This document shows positions 38,875 through 54,846 of a stretch of 64,000 bases of DNA, one piece after another. The position numbers were made by a program, and so were the translations under genes. The notes under the pieces were generated by a model, which worked only from the letters and a program-made list of their open reading frames with translations, made no database searches and was not told the DNA's origin. Origin of the DNA: Eledone cirrhosa (lineage: Eukaryota); the NCBI GenBank assembly GCA_964016885.1, contig CAXHJY010000271.1, positions 1 to 64,000 on the forward strand, read 5' to 3'. Numbering within the stretch: position 1 is the first letter of the stretch; each line of letters begins with the position of its first letter.

Positions 38875-40001
38875 TTAATTTTCCTTTTACATCTCTTAGA
38901 AATAACTGAAAATCTTTGGTGAGAACCCCAATGTCTATTTATCTAATATAATTAATTTAATTTAATTTAATTTAATTTTTATTTTAGTGAAACCACTGTT
39001 GTATTCAAGAGACCAGGTGGAGGGGTGGGTCTGCTAGATTCATCGTGGGTAAAGAACGGTGCTATGAACTTTTCTGGGTGGGAAATGACAATGGGCTGGG
39101 TATACACATACCACCCCACCACCCCACCGTAAAGTGGTCGTGGAGGCGCCACGGCAAAAAAGCACCCAGCCCGCTCTGTAAAGCTGACGTGGAGGTGCCA
39201 CGTAAAAAAGAAAAGCACCCAGCACTCACTGCAAACTGGGTTGGCGTCAGGAAGGGCACCCAGCTGTAGAAACCAATCCAGAATCAGCTCCCACCCCACC
39301 CTTGCAAGCATGGAAAAGCGGACGTATGATGAAGTTGATATATATATATATATATAAATGAATATTTATTCAATTTAAAGCGCCAATTATCTATATATAA
39401 CAAGATATGAATTTTTCTAGGGATGGGGAAATTTTCAGTTTGTTTTTATATTTTCACTTCATTTTTTACTTTCTATTTAATACAGTCTTTGATCCAATAT
39501 AATCCTGACAGTATTTGAACCAGTTTACCTCATATATATGTATGCACACACAACACTCAAGTTTCGCCATCTACTGCTATTTCATTCATATTTATTGTTT
39601 AATTAACTCTGGTCTAATTCATCAACTATTGTTAATTATATTATTACGTAGATTTCTTATAAAATCTAGTGCATATATACGTGTATATATACAGGGAGAC
39701 ACTGTGTAATAGATGTAAAGAGAGTGGGAGATAGAGTTATAGAAGTAAAGAGAGGGAGAGAAATAAGCGGTAGATAGAGCAATAGATGTAAAGAGAGGGT
39801 TAGAACGTTCAACTTGACAGTCAGTACATATGCCAACTACCCAACCGGCCAGCCAGCCGTATTTGCGGTTGACTGGCCAGTTGGGCGGTTGGTATGTGGA
39901 ACGTTCAACTACGCAGTCAGTACCGAAGTTCAACATTGTAGCCAGTGCATATGCCGATCGCCGCGACCTCTTTGCTCTATTTAAATGACCTGGAACTAAG
40001 T

Positions 40002-40114
40002 AAAAAGAGTAGGAGATAACTCGACAAGAGCGGAGAGGGTGAGATTCGAACCATGTAAAGTCGTTGGCTCCTGAACTTCGTAAGCGGGGCTGCTACTGAC
40101 TGAGCAACGCCGGC
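40002..40114 (-). ncRNA. candidate Pol III small RNA gene, copy 4
   Basis: Matches copy 2. Confidence 0.55.
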
Positions 40115-41109
40115 AGCAAGGCAAATCGCGCATAAAATAACGCTTATATCGAGAAAATAAAACAAAAATTTCAATGTTGCACTTTTGTTTGTTGTTCTTT
40201 TATTTTACGTAAACATTTCGCTGCTCTAGCCTCTTATTTCCTATTAGATTACACTTAATTCCATTAAACATTCATTCTTAGTCTCGTGGTAAACTATTTC
40301 ATCTATATTTATATCGCTGTTACAGCCTTTTATTTCTACATCTATCACCTATAGCCACTGTTACGCCGGTAGTATAAGTAGCTTTATAACAAGAAACGAT
40401 GATATAACTCCACAAAATGTCTTCTTGAGCAAGACACTTCACTTCATATTGCTCCAGTACACCGAGTTACACATAGACAGATACATACATACACATATAT
40501 ATGTACACAGATAGAAATAAGAGGGAGATAGAGTAAAAGATTTAAAGAGAGGGTGAGAGTGTGACACACATTTATCTGTCTATCTCTCTCTATTTTAACA
40601 CCGGTCGTTATAATTAGTTTTATAACACCGCTATATTACCGACATGAAAGAGGTAAATAATTATTTCTTAAATGTTTAGAACATGTTTCTCTTGTCTTCT
40701 TAAATGTATAGAACATGTTTCTTATTTATATTCTTAACATAGCTAGGACCTTATCTCATTTACTGGTCTCTACTTTTAGGGCTTTGCTGGTCCCATGTGC
40801 CCTCCATGAAGACACACTCGCCCCTTCTCTCTCAGTCTCCGTACTAATTACTACACATACGTATATATATTTATTTTAAGAAACCTTAATGACAAATAAT
40901 ATAAAGTGTTTGTAAAGTGGGGAAGAGTAGTTTTACGGTGGGGTTGTTATATAGATATCGTTTTTGCAGTGGGGTCGTGACTGGCGTATAATAATGAGTC
41001 ACTGTTGATGTATATACAAATCATATTTTGGATATAAGTGAAGTTATTTAAGAGATTTAGTTGTTTTGTATACATTCCAGTTGTTGTCTCCCTGTTTCTT
41101 CTTCAACAA

Positions 41110-43108
41110 CTATAACGGTACGCGATGGGGCCCACCCACAGCCCCGGCGGACAGAATGGAGAAGGCGTTTCCCCGGAGCACGGCAAGGGAGACGCGCTGG
41201 AAAAGCCACTCCAACTCGCGGGGCTCACACCTGCGACTGGCCAGCTCAGCGCCTATGGTGGTGAGTAAGGAGGTAGCCCTGGGGTCGAGGACACCAGAAG
41301 TCTCCACTTCCAGGGGTACGACCGCAAACCTGTCGGAGAGTGAACGATATGTGAGGAGTTTGGCCCTCTCAGCCTGACGTGCAGCAGAACCTGGGCCAGT
41401 CGCAGACTGCACCAGGTTGCGGCTGCAGAAAGTGTCGGTGCAAGTGGCATCCCAGACGAGGGGTTTGCCACCGCGGAACGGGAAGATGGTCATGCCATCT
41501 GGCCTTTTGCCGTCCCCTGGAGCTGGGAAGGGAAGCCTGCAGCGTCCAAGCCATGCTTAATGATTTCGTTGAGGGCAGCATGGCGTGGATTGCGGCTGGC
41601 ACTGTGGCGACAGGAAAGCGGGTGGAGGCCGAAAGAGTCCATGGTGGAACGGCAGCGACATTGGTGTGAGGCCGAGCCTCAGGGAAACGCCGATGCGCAA
41701 GCTATGGTTGTCTAGCTGCGTGCGAGTGGAGAAGGAGGGCAGGGCATGGAGCCAGGCCCCACTGTGGGGTTTGGAGGCCGCACGAAAACAAACAAGGCGG
41801 TGCTGGTCGAGCTGGCACGTGAGCCTGTCTGAGGCCAGGCTGCACTGGATGGCATCCCAAGTGTGTTGGGGGGACTTGACGTCAACAGGGGGAGAAGGAG
41901 GAGGAACGTCTACTGGGCTAAGTCCCAGCCGGTGCCACGTCTCACAGGCGGCCACGCGTTCTCTGAACACAGAGGGTTCTGTTGTGTTTTGAAGAACCCT
42001 GCTGAGGTGGACGTGGTACGAGGTTACCGACGAAAGATACGCCGGCAAAGCTAGTGAGATCGGGGACTGGAGGCGAAGGTCGCCATACCTGATAGGTAAA
42101 GTTGCATATCTCATCGGCTGCTGCTCGGATACAAGTCTGGGTGTAGCACAGAGTGTATAGAGGAGCTTCGGCATGGCGTAGCAGTTCCTCAGCAGAAAGA
42201 GAACTGGGTGGCCATCAATCAAGCCCAGTCGGCTCGTGAGAGTCTGAACTTGATGGTGGAGCGGATGGCCGGCGGGTGGATCGGTGAGGGCATCCTCTTT
42301 GGGGGTCACCTGAACCTGGCGGAGAATGGACCGCACGTCCAAGACGGAGATTGCAAAGCTTGCAGCATCGAGGCTGACATTCACCACCTCCGACTTGGCT
42401 GAGTTGACCTGGAGGTCGATTCCCGCCAGGGCAGGAACCACCGATTGAAGGTCATGGCAGACCGCCTGTACGGGCCCACCCAAAGTAGCATCATCCAGAT
42501 ACCAAACGTTGAGAGGGGCCGTTATACTCCGGGCGATGTGGTCAATACCAAGGGTGAACAGGAGGGGTCCCAAAGGGTTGCCCTGTTGGATCCCAGTAGC
42601 CAAGGGTATGACCGTATCAGCAGCATGTCGCATGCTCGGGGCTCCATATGACAGCTAGGCAGAGGGGGCTCGGCTGAGGCAGGCCTCGAGCAGATGATCC
42701 CAGCGTAAAGAGTTGAAGGCATTCCTCATGTCAAACTTGACAATGAGGTGGCTGGAGTCCCTGGATGCCGGTTCCGAGTGTTACGGACTTGCAGGTTACC
42801 TTGGCAGCCAGCCTCCGGAAGACATTGCCCACAGCAATGGGGCGTATGCCACCCTCTTTCTTCCTGAGAGCGGTGAAGCTGGCTGAAAAAAAGAGGCCTC
42901 GAGCATAAGAGTCCAGGGCGCCATGGATGAGCCTATTGGTGAGCGCCACAATTGCACTCAGAAGGCGGCGCCCGGCCTCAGCGGAGAGGGGAGATGTCAA
43001 CTCCTTGAGGAGGCCTGGTCAGAGACCATCAACATCACCGCAGCTGCTAGCTGGGAAGGACCTGATGGCGGACATGATGTCTGCATCAGAAGCCACAAGG
43101 AGCAAGTG
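41110..43108 (-). mobile_element. CRE-like element copy (unit 5, type A)
   Basis: The 358-aa ORF is identical to that of unit 1. Confidence 0.88.
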
Positions 43109-45152
43109 TGGATTACAATACAAAACCTCTGAGAATGATTTCTAAGATATTTCACCATAATTAATTTTCATCAATATATATTAATATTATTATTGTTTAT
43201 TAGGTCAGGTGGATTGGCCAGAACAATTCTACTCTTCTTTTTTAGATGTCACGATTTTTCATGGCATTCCTGAGATCATTAATCTCCAGCTGGAGATCCA
43301 GAGACATCTGATGTATGTAGGTGAACCTCAGTCATCCCACTTGGGTCTTACTATGTTTAGGTATCCACCACAGGAGCCAGCTCATCAGGTCATCCTACCC
43401 TCAGCAGCAATGTCCAGCATCTATTGATTTCCGCTCCCTAGTTATTGTGGTAATCTTCGATATCTGGGAATATATTTCTTCTGCTTAAGGGAGTAATAAA
43501 TATATAGTTTTAAAAAAAACATATATATACACACACATATATATATGTTGTCATTTATAAGAGTTCTCTATCAAAAGCCTTCTCTATGTCCAAAGCTAAG
43601 TATAGTGGCTTATTTTTCTCTAAGAACCTCTTTTGTAGTTGTCTCACTAAGAAGAGGGCATCTGTTGCACTTTTCAGCGGCACAAAACCAAACTGCATCT
43701 CATACATATACATACATACATACATATACACATACATACATACATCATCATCATCATCATCATCATTTCGTTTTAAGTCCGCTTTTTCCCTGCTTGCAAG
43801 GGTGGGACGGGAACTGATTCTGGCTTGATTTCTACAGCTGGATGCCCTTCCTAACACCAACCTCATTTACAGTGAGTGCTGAGTGCTTTTTTGCCGTGGC
43901 ACCTCCACGACCACTTTGCAGTGGAATGATATGGACCCCAGTCCCTATCATCTCATTTCTACAGCTGAGTAAACTGGAGCAATGTGAAATAAAGTGTCTT
44001 GCTCAAGGAAACAACACATCACCCGGTCTGAGAATTGAACTCACAACCTTTCGATTGCCAGGCCAATGCTCGAACCACTAAGCCATGTGCCTCCATATAC
44101 ATATACATATACATACACATACATATACATACATATATATATACATACATACATATATACACATACATACATACACATACATACACATATACATACATAT
44201 ATATACATACATACACATACATAGATATATATATATACATAATATAAATATACACACATACACATACATAAGCATATACACATAAGTATATTTACATATA
44301 CACACGTATATATACATATACATACATACATATATACACATACATACATATATACATACATACACACATATACATACATATATACATATACACATACATA
44401 CATATACATACATATACACATACATACATATATATATATACATACACACACATATATACATACACACACATATATACAAACACATACATATACACATATA
44501 TACACATACATACACATACATATACATACATATACACATATACACTCATATATACATATACATACATACACACACATACATACATATATACATATACATA
44601 CATAAAGACAAATCCACCTCATGGACGAGAATGCAAGGGCTCCTCCTCTTTGTTTCGGCCGCGGATGGCTAACCCTAACCCCATCCCCGCTCCCCACTGC
44701 TCCCAACCTCCAAACGCAATCCAAAACTTCAGAGTTGGTACCATTAATGTAGGCACCTTATAGGGTGGCTCTAACGAGGTTGTAGAAATGCTTGAACGTA
44801 AGGAGGTCGATGTTTGTTGTATTCAAGAGACCAGGTGGAGGGGTGGGTCTGCTAGATTCATCGTGGGTAAAGAACGATGCTATACGCTTTTCTGTGTGGC
44901 AAATGACAATGGGCTGGGTATACACATACCACCCCACCTCCCCACCGCAAAGTGGTCGTGGAGGCGCGGCGGCCAAAAAGCACCCAGCCCACACTGTAAA
45001 GCTGACGTGGAGGTGCCACGGAAAAAAAAAAGCACCCAGCACTCACTGCAAACGGGGTTGGCGTCAGGAAGGGCACCCAGCTGTAGAAACCAATCCAGAA
45101 TCAGCTCCCACCCCACCCTTGCAAGCATGGAAAAGCGGACGTATGATGAAGT

Positions 45153-45199
<47 letters not shown>

Positions 45200-45940
45200 T
45201 ATATATATACACATATATATATACACACATATATATCAGTGTACATATATATATACATATATATATATATATAAATGAATATTTATTCAATTTAAAGCGC
45301 CAATTATCTATATATAACAAGATATGAATTTTTCTAGGGATGGGGAAATTTTCAGTTTGTTTTTATATTTTCACTTCATTTTTTACTTTCTATTTAATAC
45401 AGTCTTTGATCCAATATAATCCTGACAGTATTTGAACCAGTTTACCTCATATATATGTATGCACACACAACACTCAAGTTTCGCCATCTACTGCTATTTC
45501 ATTCATATTTATTGTTTAATTAACTCTGGTCTAATTCATCAACTATTGTTAATTATATTATTACGTAGATTTCTTATAAAATCTAGTGCATATATACGTG
45601 TATATATACAGGGAGACACTGTAATAGATGTAAAGAGAGTGGGAGATAGAGTTATAGAAGTAAAGAGAGGGGGAGAACTAAGCGGTAGATAGAGTAATAG
45701 ATGTAAAGAGAGGGTTAGAACGTTCAACTTGACAGTCAGTACAATGTTCAGCATGGTAGCCAGTACATATGCCAACTACCCAACCGGCCAGCCAGCCGCA
45801 TATGCGGTTGACTGGCCAGTTGGGCGGTTGGTATGTGGAACGTTCAACTACGCAGTCAGTACCAAAGTTCAACATTGTAGCCAGTGCATATGCCGATCGC
45901 CGCGACCTCTTTGCTCTATTTAAATGACCTGGAACTAAGT

Positions 45941-46053
45941 AAAAAGAGTAGGAGATAACTCGACAAGAGCGGAGAGGGTGAGATTCGAACCATGTAAAGT
46001 CGTTGGCTCCTGAACTTCGTAAGCGGGGCTGCTACTGACTGAGCAACGCCGGC
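45941..46053 (-). ncRNA. candidate Pol III small RNA gene, copy 5
   Basis: Matches copy 2. Confidence 0.55.
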
Positions 46054-47014
46054 AGCAAGGCAAATCGCGCATAAAATAACGCTTATATCGAGAAAATAAA
46101 ACAAAAATTTCAATGTTGCACTTTTGTTTGTTGTTCTTTTATTTTACGTAAACATTTCGCTGCTCTAGCCTCTTATTTCCTATTAGATTACACTTAATTC
46201 CATTAAACATTCATTCTTAGTCTCGTGGTAAACTATTTCATCTATATTTATATCGCTGTTACAGCCTTTTATTTCTACATCTATCACCTATAGCCACTGT
46301 TACGCCGGTAGTATAAGTAGCTTTATAACAAGAAACGATGATATAACTCCACAAAATGTCTTCTTGAGCAAGACACTTCACCTCATATTGCTCCAGTACA
46401 CCGAGTTACACATAGACAGATACATACATACACATATATATGTACACAGATAGAAATAAGAGGGAGATAGAGTAAAAGATTTAAAGAGAGGGTGAGAGTG
46501 TGACACACATTTATCTGTCTATCTCTCTCTATTTTAACACCGGTCGTTATAATTAGTTTTATAACACCGCTATATTACCGACATGAAAGAGGTAAATAAT
46601 TATTTCTTAAATGTTTAGAACATGTTTCTCTTGTCTTCTTAAATGTATAGAACATGTTTCTTATTTATATTCTTAACATAGCTAGGACCTTATCTCATTT
46701 ACTGGTCTCTACTTTTAGGGCTTTGCTGGTCCCATGTGCCCTCCATGAAGACACACTCGCCCCTTCTCTCTCAGTCTCCGTACTAATTACTACACATACG
46801 TATATATATTTATTTTAAGAAACCTTAATGACAAATAATATAAAGTGTTTGTAAAGTGGGGAAGAGTAGTTTTACGGTGGGGTTGTTATATAGATATCGT
46901 TTTTGCAGTGGGGTCGTGACTGGCGTATAATAATGAGTCACTGTTGATGTATATACAAATCATGTTTTGGATATAAGTGAAGTTATTTAAGAGATTTAGT
47001 TGTTTTGTATACAT

Positions 47015-48958
47015 TCATAACGGTACGCGATGGGACCCATCCACAGCCCCGGCGGACAGAATTGAGAAGGCGTTTCCCCGGAGCACGGCAAGGGAGACGC
47101 GCTGGAAAAGCCACTCCAACTCGCGGGGCTCACACCTGCGGCTGGCCAGCTCAGCGCCTATGGTGGTGAGTAAGGAGGTAGCCCTGGGGCCGAGGACACC
47201 AGAAGTCTCCACTTCCAGGGGTACGACCGCAAACCTGTCGGAGAGTGAACGATATGTGAGGAGTTTGGCCCCCTCAGCCTGACGTGCAGCAGAACCTGGG
47301 CCAGTCGCAGACTGCACCAGGTTGCGGCTGCAGAAAGTGTCGGTGCAAGTGGCATCCCAGACGAGGGGTTTGCCACCACGGAACGGGAAGATGGTCATGC
47401 CATCTAGCCTTTTGCCGTCCCCTCGAGCTGGGAAGGGAAGCCTGCAGCGTCCAAGCCATGCTTAATGACTTCGTTGAGGGCAGCATGGCGTGGATTGCAG
47501 GTGGAGTCCGAAAGAGTCCATGGTGGAACGGCAGCGACATTGGTGTGAGGCCGAGCCTCAGGGAAACGCCGATGCGCAAGATATTGTTGTCTAGCTGCGT
47601 GCGAGTGGAGAAGGAGGGCAGGGCATGGAGCCAGGCCCCACTGTGGGGTTTGGAGGCTGCACGAAAACAAACAAGGCGGTGCTGGTCGAGCTGGCACGTG
47701 AGCCTGTCTGAGGCCAGGCTGCACTGGATGGCATCCCAAGTGTGTTGGGGGGGACTTGACGTCAACAGGGGGAGAAGGAGGAGGAACGTCTACTGGGCTA
47801 AGTCCCAGCCGGTCCCACGTCTCACAGGCGGCCACGCGTTCTCTGAACACAGAGGGTTCTGCTGAAGAGGACGTGGTACGAGGTTACCGACGAAAGATAT
47901 GCCGGCAAAGCTAGTGAGATCGGGGACTGGAGGCGAAGGCCGCCATACCTGACAGGTAAAGTTGCATATCTCATCGGCTGCTGCTCGGATACAAGTTTAG
48001 GTGTAGCACAGAGTGTATAGAGGAGCTTCGGCATGGCGTAGCAGTTCCTCAGCAGAAAGAGAACTGGGTGGCCATCAATCAAGCCCAGTCGGCTCGTGAG
48101 AGTCTGGACTTGATGGAGGAGCGGGTGGATCGGTGAGGGCATCCTCTTTGGGGGGTCACCTGAACCTGGCGGAGAATGGACCGCACGTCCAAGACGGAGA
48201 CTGCAAAGCTTGCAGCATCGAGGCTGACATTCACCACCTCCGACTTGGCTGAGTTGACCTGGAGGTCGATTCCCGCCAGGGCAGGAACCACCGATTGAAG
48301 GTCATGGCAGAACGCCTGTACGGGCCCACCCAAAGTAGCATCATCCAGATACCAAACGTTGAGAGGGGCCGTTATACTCCAGGCGATGTGGTCAATACCA
48401 AGGGTGAACAGGAGGGGTCCCAAAGGGTTGCCCTGTTGGATCCCAGTAGCCAAGGGTATGACCGTATCAGCAGCATGGCGCATGCTTGGGGCTCCATATG
48501 ACAGGTAGGCAGAGGGGGCTCGGCTGAGGCAGGCCTCGAGCAGATGATCCCAGCGTAAAGAGTTGAAGGCATTCCTCATGTCAAACTTGACAATGAGGTG
48601 GCTGGAGGCCCTGGATGCCGGTTCCGAGTGTTACGGACTTGCAGATTACCTTGGCAGCCAGCCTCCGGAAGACATTGCCCACAGCAATGGGGCGTATGCC
48701 ATCCTCTTTCTTCCTGAGAGCGGTGAGGCTGGCCGAAAAAAAGAGGCCTCGAGCATAAGAGTCCAGGGCGCCATGGATGAGCCTATTGGTGAGCGCCACA
48801 ATTGCACTCAGAAGGCGGCGCCCGGCCTCAGCGGAGAGGGGAGATATCAACTCCTTGAGGAGGCCTGGTCAGAGACCATCAACATCTCCGCAGCTGCTAG
48901 CTGGGAAGGACCTGATGGCGGACATGATGTCTGCATCAGAAGCCACAAGGAGCAAGTG
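47015..48958 (-). mobile_element. CRE-like element copy (unit 6, type B with extra deletions)
   Basis: Type B plus a 20-bp deletion near 47860 and an 11-bp deletion near 48124. Confidence 0.88.
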
Positions 48959-51763
48959 TGGATTACAATACAAAACCTCTGAGAATGATTTCTAAGATAT
49001 TTCACCATAATTAATTTTCATCAATATATATTAATATTATTATTGTTTATTAGGTCAGGTGGATTGGCCAGAACAATTCTACTCTTCTTTTTTAGATGTC
49101 ACGATTTTTCATGGCATTCCTGAGATCATTAATCTCCAGCTGGAGATCCAGAGACATCTGATGTATGTAGGTGAACCTCAGTCATCCCACTTGGCTCTTA
49201 CTATGTTTAGGTATCCACCACAGGAGCCAGCTCATCAGGTCATCCTACCCTCAGCAGCAATGTCCAGCATCTATTGATTTCCGCTCCCTAGTTATTGTGG
49301 TAATCTTCGATATCTGGGAATATATTTCTTCTGCTTAAGGGAGTAATAAATATATAGTTTTAAAAAAAACATATATATACACACACATATATATATGTTG
49401 TCATTTATAAGAGTTCTCTATCAAAAGCCTTCTCTATGTCCAAAGCTAAGTATAGTGGCTTATTTTTCTCTAAGAACCTCTTTTGTAGTTGTCTCACTAA
49501 GAAGAGGGCATCTGTTGCACTTTTCAGCGGCACAAAACCAAACTGCATCTCATACACATACATACATATACATACATACATACATACATATACACATACA
49601 TACATACATCATCATCATCATCATCATCATCATTTCGTTTTAAGTCCGCTTTTTCCCTGCTTGTAAGGGTGGGACGGGAACTGATTCTGGCTTGATTTCT
49701 ACAGCTGGATGCCCTTCCTAACACCAACCTCATTTACAGTGAGTGCTGAGTGCTTTTTTGCCGTGGCACCTCCACGACCACTTTGCAGTGGAATGATATG
49801 GACCCCAGTCCCTATCATCTCATTTCTACAGCTGAGTAAACTGGAGCAATGTGAAATAAAGTGTCTTGCTCAAGGAAACAACACATCACCCGGTCTGAGA
49901 ATTGAACTCACAACCTTTCGATTGCCAGGCCAATGCTCGAACCACTAAGCCATGTGCCTCCATATACATATACATATACATATACATACACATACATATA
50001 TATATACATACATACATATATACACATACATACATACACATACATACACATATACATACATATACATACATAGATATATATATATACATAATATAAATAT
50101 ACATACATACACATACATAAGCATATACACATAAGTATATATACATATACACACGTATATATACATATACATACATACATATATACACATACATACATAT
50201 ATACATACATACACACATATATACATATACACATACATACATATACATACATATACACATACATACATATATATATACATACACACACATATATACATAC
50301 ACACACATATATACAAACACATACATATACACATATATACACATACATACACATACATATACATACATATACACATATACACTCATATATACATATACAT
50401 ACATACACACACATACATACATATATACATATACATACATAAAGACAAATCCACCTCATGGACGAGAATGCAAGGGCTCCTCCTCTTTGTTTCGGCCGCG
50501 GATGGCTAACCCTAACCCCATCCCCGCTCCCCACCGCTCCCAACCTCCAAACGCAATCCAAAACTTCAGAGTTGGTACCATTAATGTAGGCACCTTATAG
50601 GGTGGCTCTAACGAGGTTGTAGAAATGCTTGAACGTAAGGAGGTCGATGTTTGTTGTATTCAAGAGACCAGGTGGAGGGGTGGGTCTGCTAGATTCATCG
50701 TGGGTAAAGAACGATGCTATAAGCTTTTCTGTGTGGCAAATGACAATGGGCTGGGTATACACATACCACCCCACCACCCCACCGCAAAGTGGTCGTGGAG
50801 GCGCCGCGGCCAAAAAGCACCCAGCCCACACTGTAAAGCTGACGTGGAGGTGCCACGGAAAAAAAAAAGCACCCAGCACTCACTGCAAACGGGGTTGGCG
50901 TCAGGAAGGGCACCCAGCTGTAGAAACCAATCCAGAATCAGCTCCCACCCCACCCTTGCAAGCATGGAAAAGCGGACGTATGATGAAGTTGATATTGATA
51001 TATATATATATATATATATTAGTATATATATACACATATATATATACACACATATATATCAGTGTACATATATATATACATATATATATATATATAAATG
51101 AATATTTATTCAATTTAAAGCGCCAATTATCTATATATAACAAGATATGAATTTTTCTAGGGATGGGGAAATTTTCAGTTTGTTTTTATATTTTCACTTC
51201 ATTTTTTACTTTCTATTTAATACAGTCTTTGATCCAATATAATCCTGACAGTATTTGAACCAGTTTACCTCATATATATGTATGCACACACAACACTCAA
51301 GTTTCGCCATCTACTGCTATTTCATTCATATTTATTGTTTAATTAACTCTGGTCTAATTCATCAACTATTGTTAATTATATTATTACGTAGATTTCTTAT
51401 AAAATCTAGTGCATATATACGTGTATATATACAGGGAGACACTGTAATAGATGTAAAGAGAGTGGGAGATAGAGTTATAGAAGTAAAGAGAGGGGGAGAA
51501 CTAAGCGGTAGATAGAGTAATAGATGTAAAGAGAGGGTTAGAACGTTCAACTTGACAGTCAGTACAATGTTCAGCATGGTAGCCAGTACATATGCCAACT
51601 ACCCAACCGGCCAGCCAGCCGCATATGCGGTTGACTGGCCAGTTGGGCGGTTGGTATCTGGAACGTTCAACTACGCAGTCAGTACCAAAGTTCAACATTG
51701 TAGCCAGTGCATATGCCGATCGCCGCGCCCTCTTTGCTCTATTTTAATGACCTGGAACTAAGT

Positions 51764-51876
51764 AAAAAGAGTAGGAGATAACTCGACAAGAGCGGAGAGG
51801 GTGAGATTCGAACCATGTAAAGTCGTTGGCTCCTGAAGTTCGTAAGCGGAGCTGCTACTGACTGAGCAGCGCCGGC
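51764..51876 (-). ncRNA. candidate Pol III small RNA gene, copy 6 (variant)
   Basis: C at +8, T at +27, C at +39; B box and terminator unchanged. Confidence 0.55.
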
Positions 51877-52871
51877 AGCAAGGCAAATCGCGCATAAAAT
51901 AACGCTTATATCGACAAAAAAAAAAAAAAAATTTCAATGTTGCACTCTTGTTTGTTGTTCTTTTATTTTACGTAAACATTTCGCTGCTCTAGCCTCTTAT
52001 TTCCTATTAGATTACACTTAATTCCATTAAACATTCATTCTTAGTCTCGTGGTAAACTATTTCATCTATATTTATATCGCTGTTACAGCCTTTTATTTCT
52101 ACATCTATCACCTATAGCCACTGTTACGCCGGTAGTATAAGTAGCTTTATAACAAGAAACGATGATATAACTCCACAAAATGTCTTCTTCAGCAAGACAC
52201 TTCACTTCATATTGCTCCAGTACACCGAGTTACACATAGACAGATACATACATACATACACAGATAGAAATGAGAGGTAGATAGAGTAAAAGATTTAAAG
52301 AGAGTGTGAGAAGTACGAGTTAGATAGTGTAAAAGATTTAAAGAGGGGGTGAGAGTGTGACACACATTTATCTGTCTATCTCTCTCTATTTTAACACCGG
52401 TCGTTATAATTAGTTTTATAACACCGCTATATTACCGACATGAAAGAGGTAAATAATTATTTCTTAAATGTTTAGAACATGTTTCTCTTGTCTTCTTAAA
52501 TGTATAGAACATGTTTCTTATTTATATTCTTAACATAGCTAGGACCTTATCTCATTTACTGGTCTCTACTTTTAGGGCTTTGCTGGTCCCATGTGCCCTC
52601 CATGAAGACACACTCGCCCCTTCTCTCTCAGTCTCCGTACTAATTACTACACATACGTATATATATTTATTTTAAGAAACCTTAATGACAAATAATATAA
52701 AGTGTTTGTAAAGTGGGGAAGAGTAGTTTTACGGTGGGGTTGTTATATAGATATCGTTTTTGCAGTGGGGTCGTGACTGGCGTATAATAATGAGTCACTG
52801 TTGATGTATATACAAATCATGTTTTGGATATAAGTGAAGTTATTTAAGAGATTTAGTTGTTTTGTATACAT

Positions 52872-54846
52872 TCATAACGGTACGCGATGGGACCCACCCA
52901 CAGCCCCGGCGGACAGAATAGAGAAGGCGTTTCCCCGGAGCACGGCAAGGGAGACGCGCTGGAAAAGCCACTCCAACTCGCGGGGCTCACACCTGCGGCT
53001 GGCCAGCTCAGCGCCTATGGTGGTGAGTAAGGAGGTAGCCCTGGGGCCGAGGACACCAGAAGTCTCCACTTCCAGGGGTACGACCGCAAACCTGTCGGAG
53101 AGTGAACGATATGTGAGGAGTTTGGCCCCCTCAGCCTGACGTGCAGCAGAACCTGGGCCAGTCGCAGACTGCACCAGGTTGCGGCTGCAGAAAGTGTCGG
53201 TGCAAGTGGCATCCCAGACGAGGGGTTTGCCACCGCGGAACGGGAAGATGGTCATGCCATCTAGCCTTTTGCCGTCCCCTCGAGCTGGGAAGGGAAGCCT
53301 GCAGCGTCCAAGCCATGCTTAATGACTTCGTTGAGGGCAGCATGGCGTGGATTGCAGGTGGAGGCCGAAAGAGTCCATGGTGGAACGGCAGCGACATTGG
53401 TGTGAGGCCGAGCCTCAGGGAAACGCCGATGCGCAAGCTATTGTTGTCTAGCTGCGTGCGAGTGGAGAAGGAGGGCAGGGCATGGAGCCAGGCCCCACTG
53501 TGGGGTTTGGAGGCTGCACGAAAACAAACAAGGCGGTGCTGGTCGAGCTGGCACGTGAGCCTGTCTGAGGCCAGGCTGCACTGGATGGCATCCCAAGTGT
53601 GTTGGGGGGGACTTGACGTCAACAGGGGGAGAAGGAGGAGGAACGTCTACTGGGCTAAGTCCCAGCCGGTCCCACGTCTCACAGGCGGCCACGCGTTCTC
53701 TGAACACAGAGGGTTCTGTTGTGTTTTGAAGAACCCTGCTGAAGAGGACGTGGTACGAGGTTACCGACGAAAGATATGCCGGCAAAGCTAGTGAGATCGG
53801 GGACTGGAGGCGAAGGCCGCCATACCTGACAGGTAAAGTTGCATATCTCATCGGCTGCTGCTCGGATACAAGTTTAGGTGTAGCACAGAGTGTATAGAGG
53901 AGCTTCGGCATGGCGTAGCAGTTCCTCAGCAGAAAGAGAACTGGGTGGCCATCAATCAAGCCCAGTCGGCTCGTGAGAGTCTGGACTTGATGGAGGAGCG
54001 GATGGCCGGCGGGTGGATCGGTGAGGGCATCCTCTTTGGGGGGTCACCTGAACCTGGCGGAGAATGGACCGCACGTCCAAGACGGAGACTGCAAAGCTTG
54101 CAGCATCGAGGCTGACATTCACCACCTCCGACTTGGCTGAGTTGACCTGGAGGTCGATTCCCGCCAGGGCAGGAACCACCGATTGAAGGTCATGGCAGAA
54201 CGCCTGTACGGGCCCACCCAAAGTAGCATCATCCAGATACCAAACGTTGAGAGGGGCCGTTATACTCCAGGCGATGTGGTCAATACCAAGGGTGAACAGG
54301 AGGGGTCCCAAAGGGTTGCCCTGTTGGATCCCAGTAGCCAAGGGTATGACCGTATCAGCAGCATGGCGCATGCTTGGGGCTCCATATGACAGGTAGGCAG
54401 AGGGGGCTCGGCTGAGGCAGGCCTCGAGCAGATGATCCCAGCGTAAAGAGTTGAAGGCATTCCTCATGTCAAACTTGACAATGAGGTGGCTGGAGGCCCT
54501 GGATGCCGGTTCCGAGTGTTACGGACTTGCAGATTACCTTGGCAGCCAGCCTCCGGAAGACATTGCCCACAGCAATGGGGCGCATGCCATCCTCTTTCTT
54601 CCTGAGAGCGGTGAGGCTGGCCGAAAAAAAGAGGCCTCGAGCATAAGAGTCCAGGGCGCCATGGATGAGCCTATTGGTGAGCGCCACAATTGCACTCAGA
54701 AAGCGGCGCCCGGCCTCAGCGGAGAGGGGAGATATCAACTCCTTGAGGAGGCCTGGTCAGAGACCATCAACATCTCCGCAGCTGCTAGCTGGGAAGGACC
54801 TGATGGCGGACATGATGTCTGCATCAGAAGCCACAAGGAGCAAGTG
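52872..54846 (-). mobile_element. CRE-like element copy (unit 7, type B)
   Basis: Type B markers throughout. Confidence 0.88.
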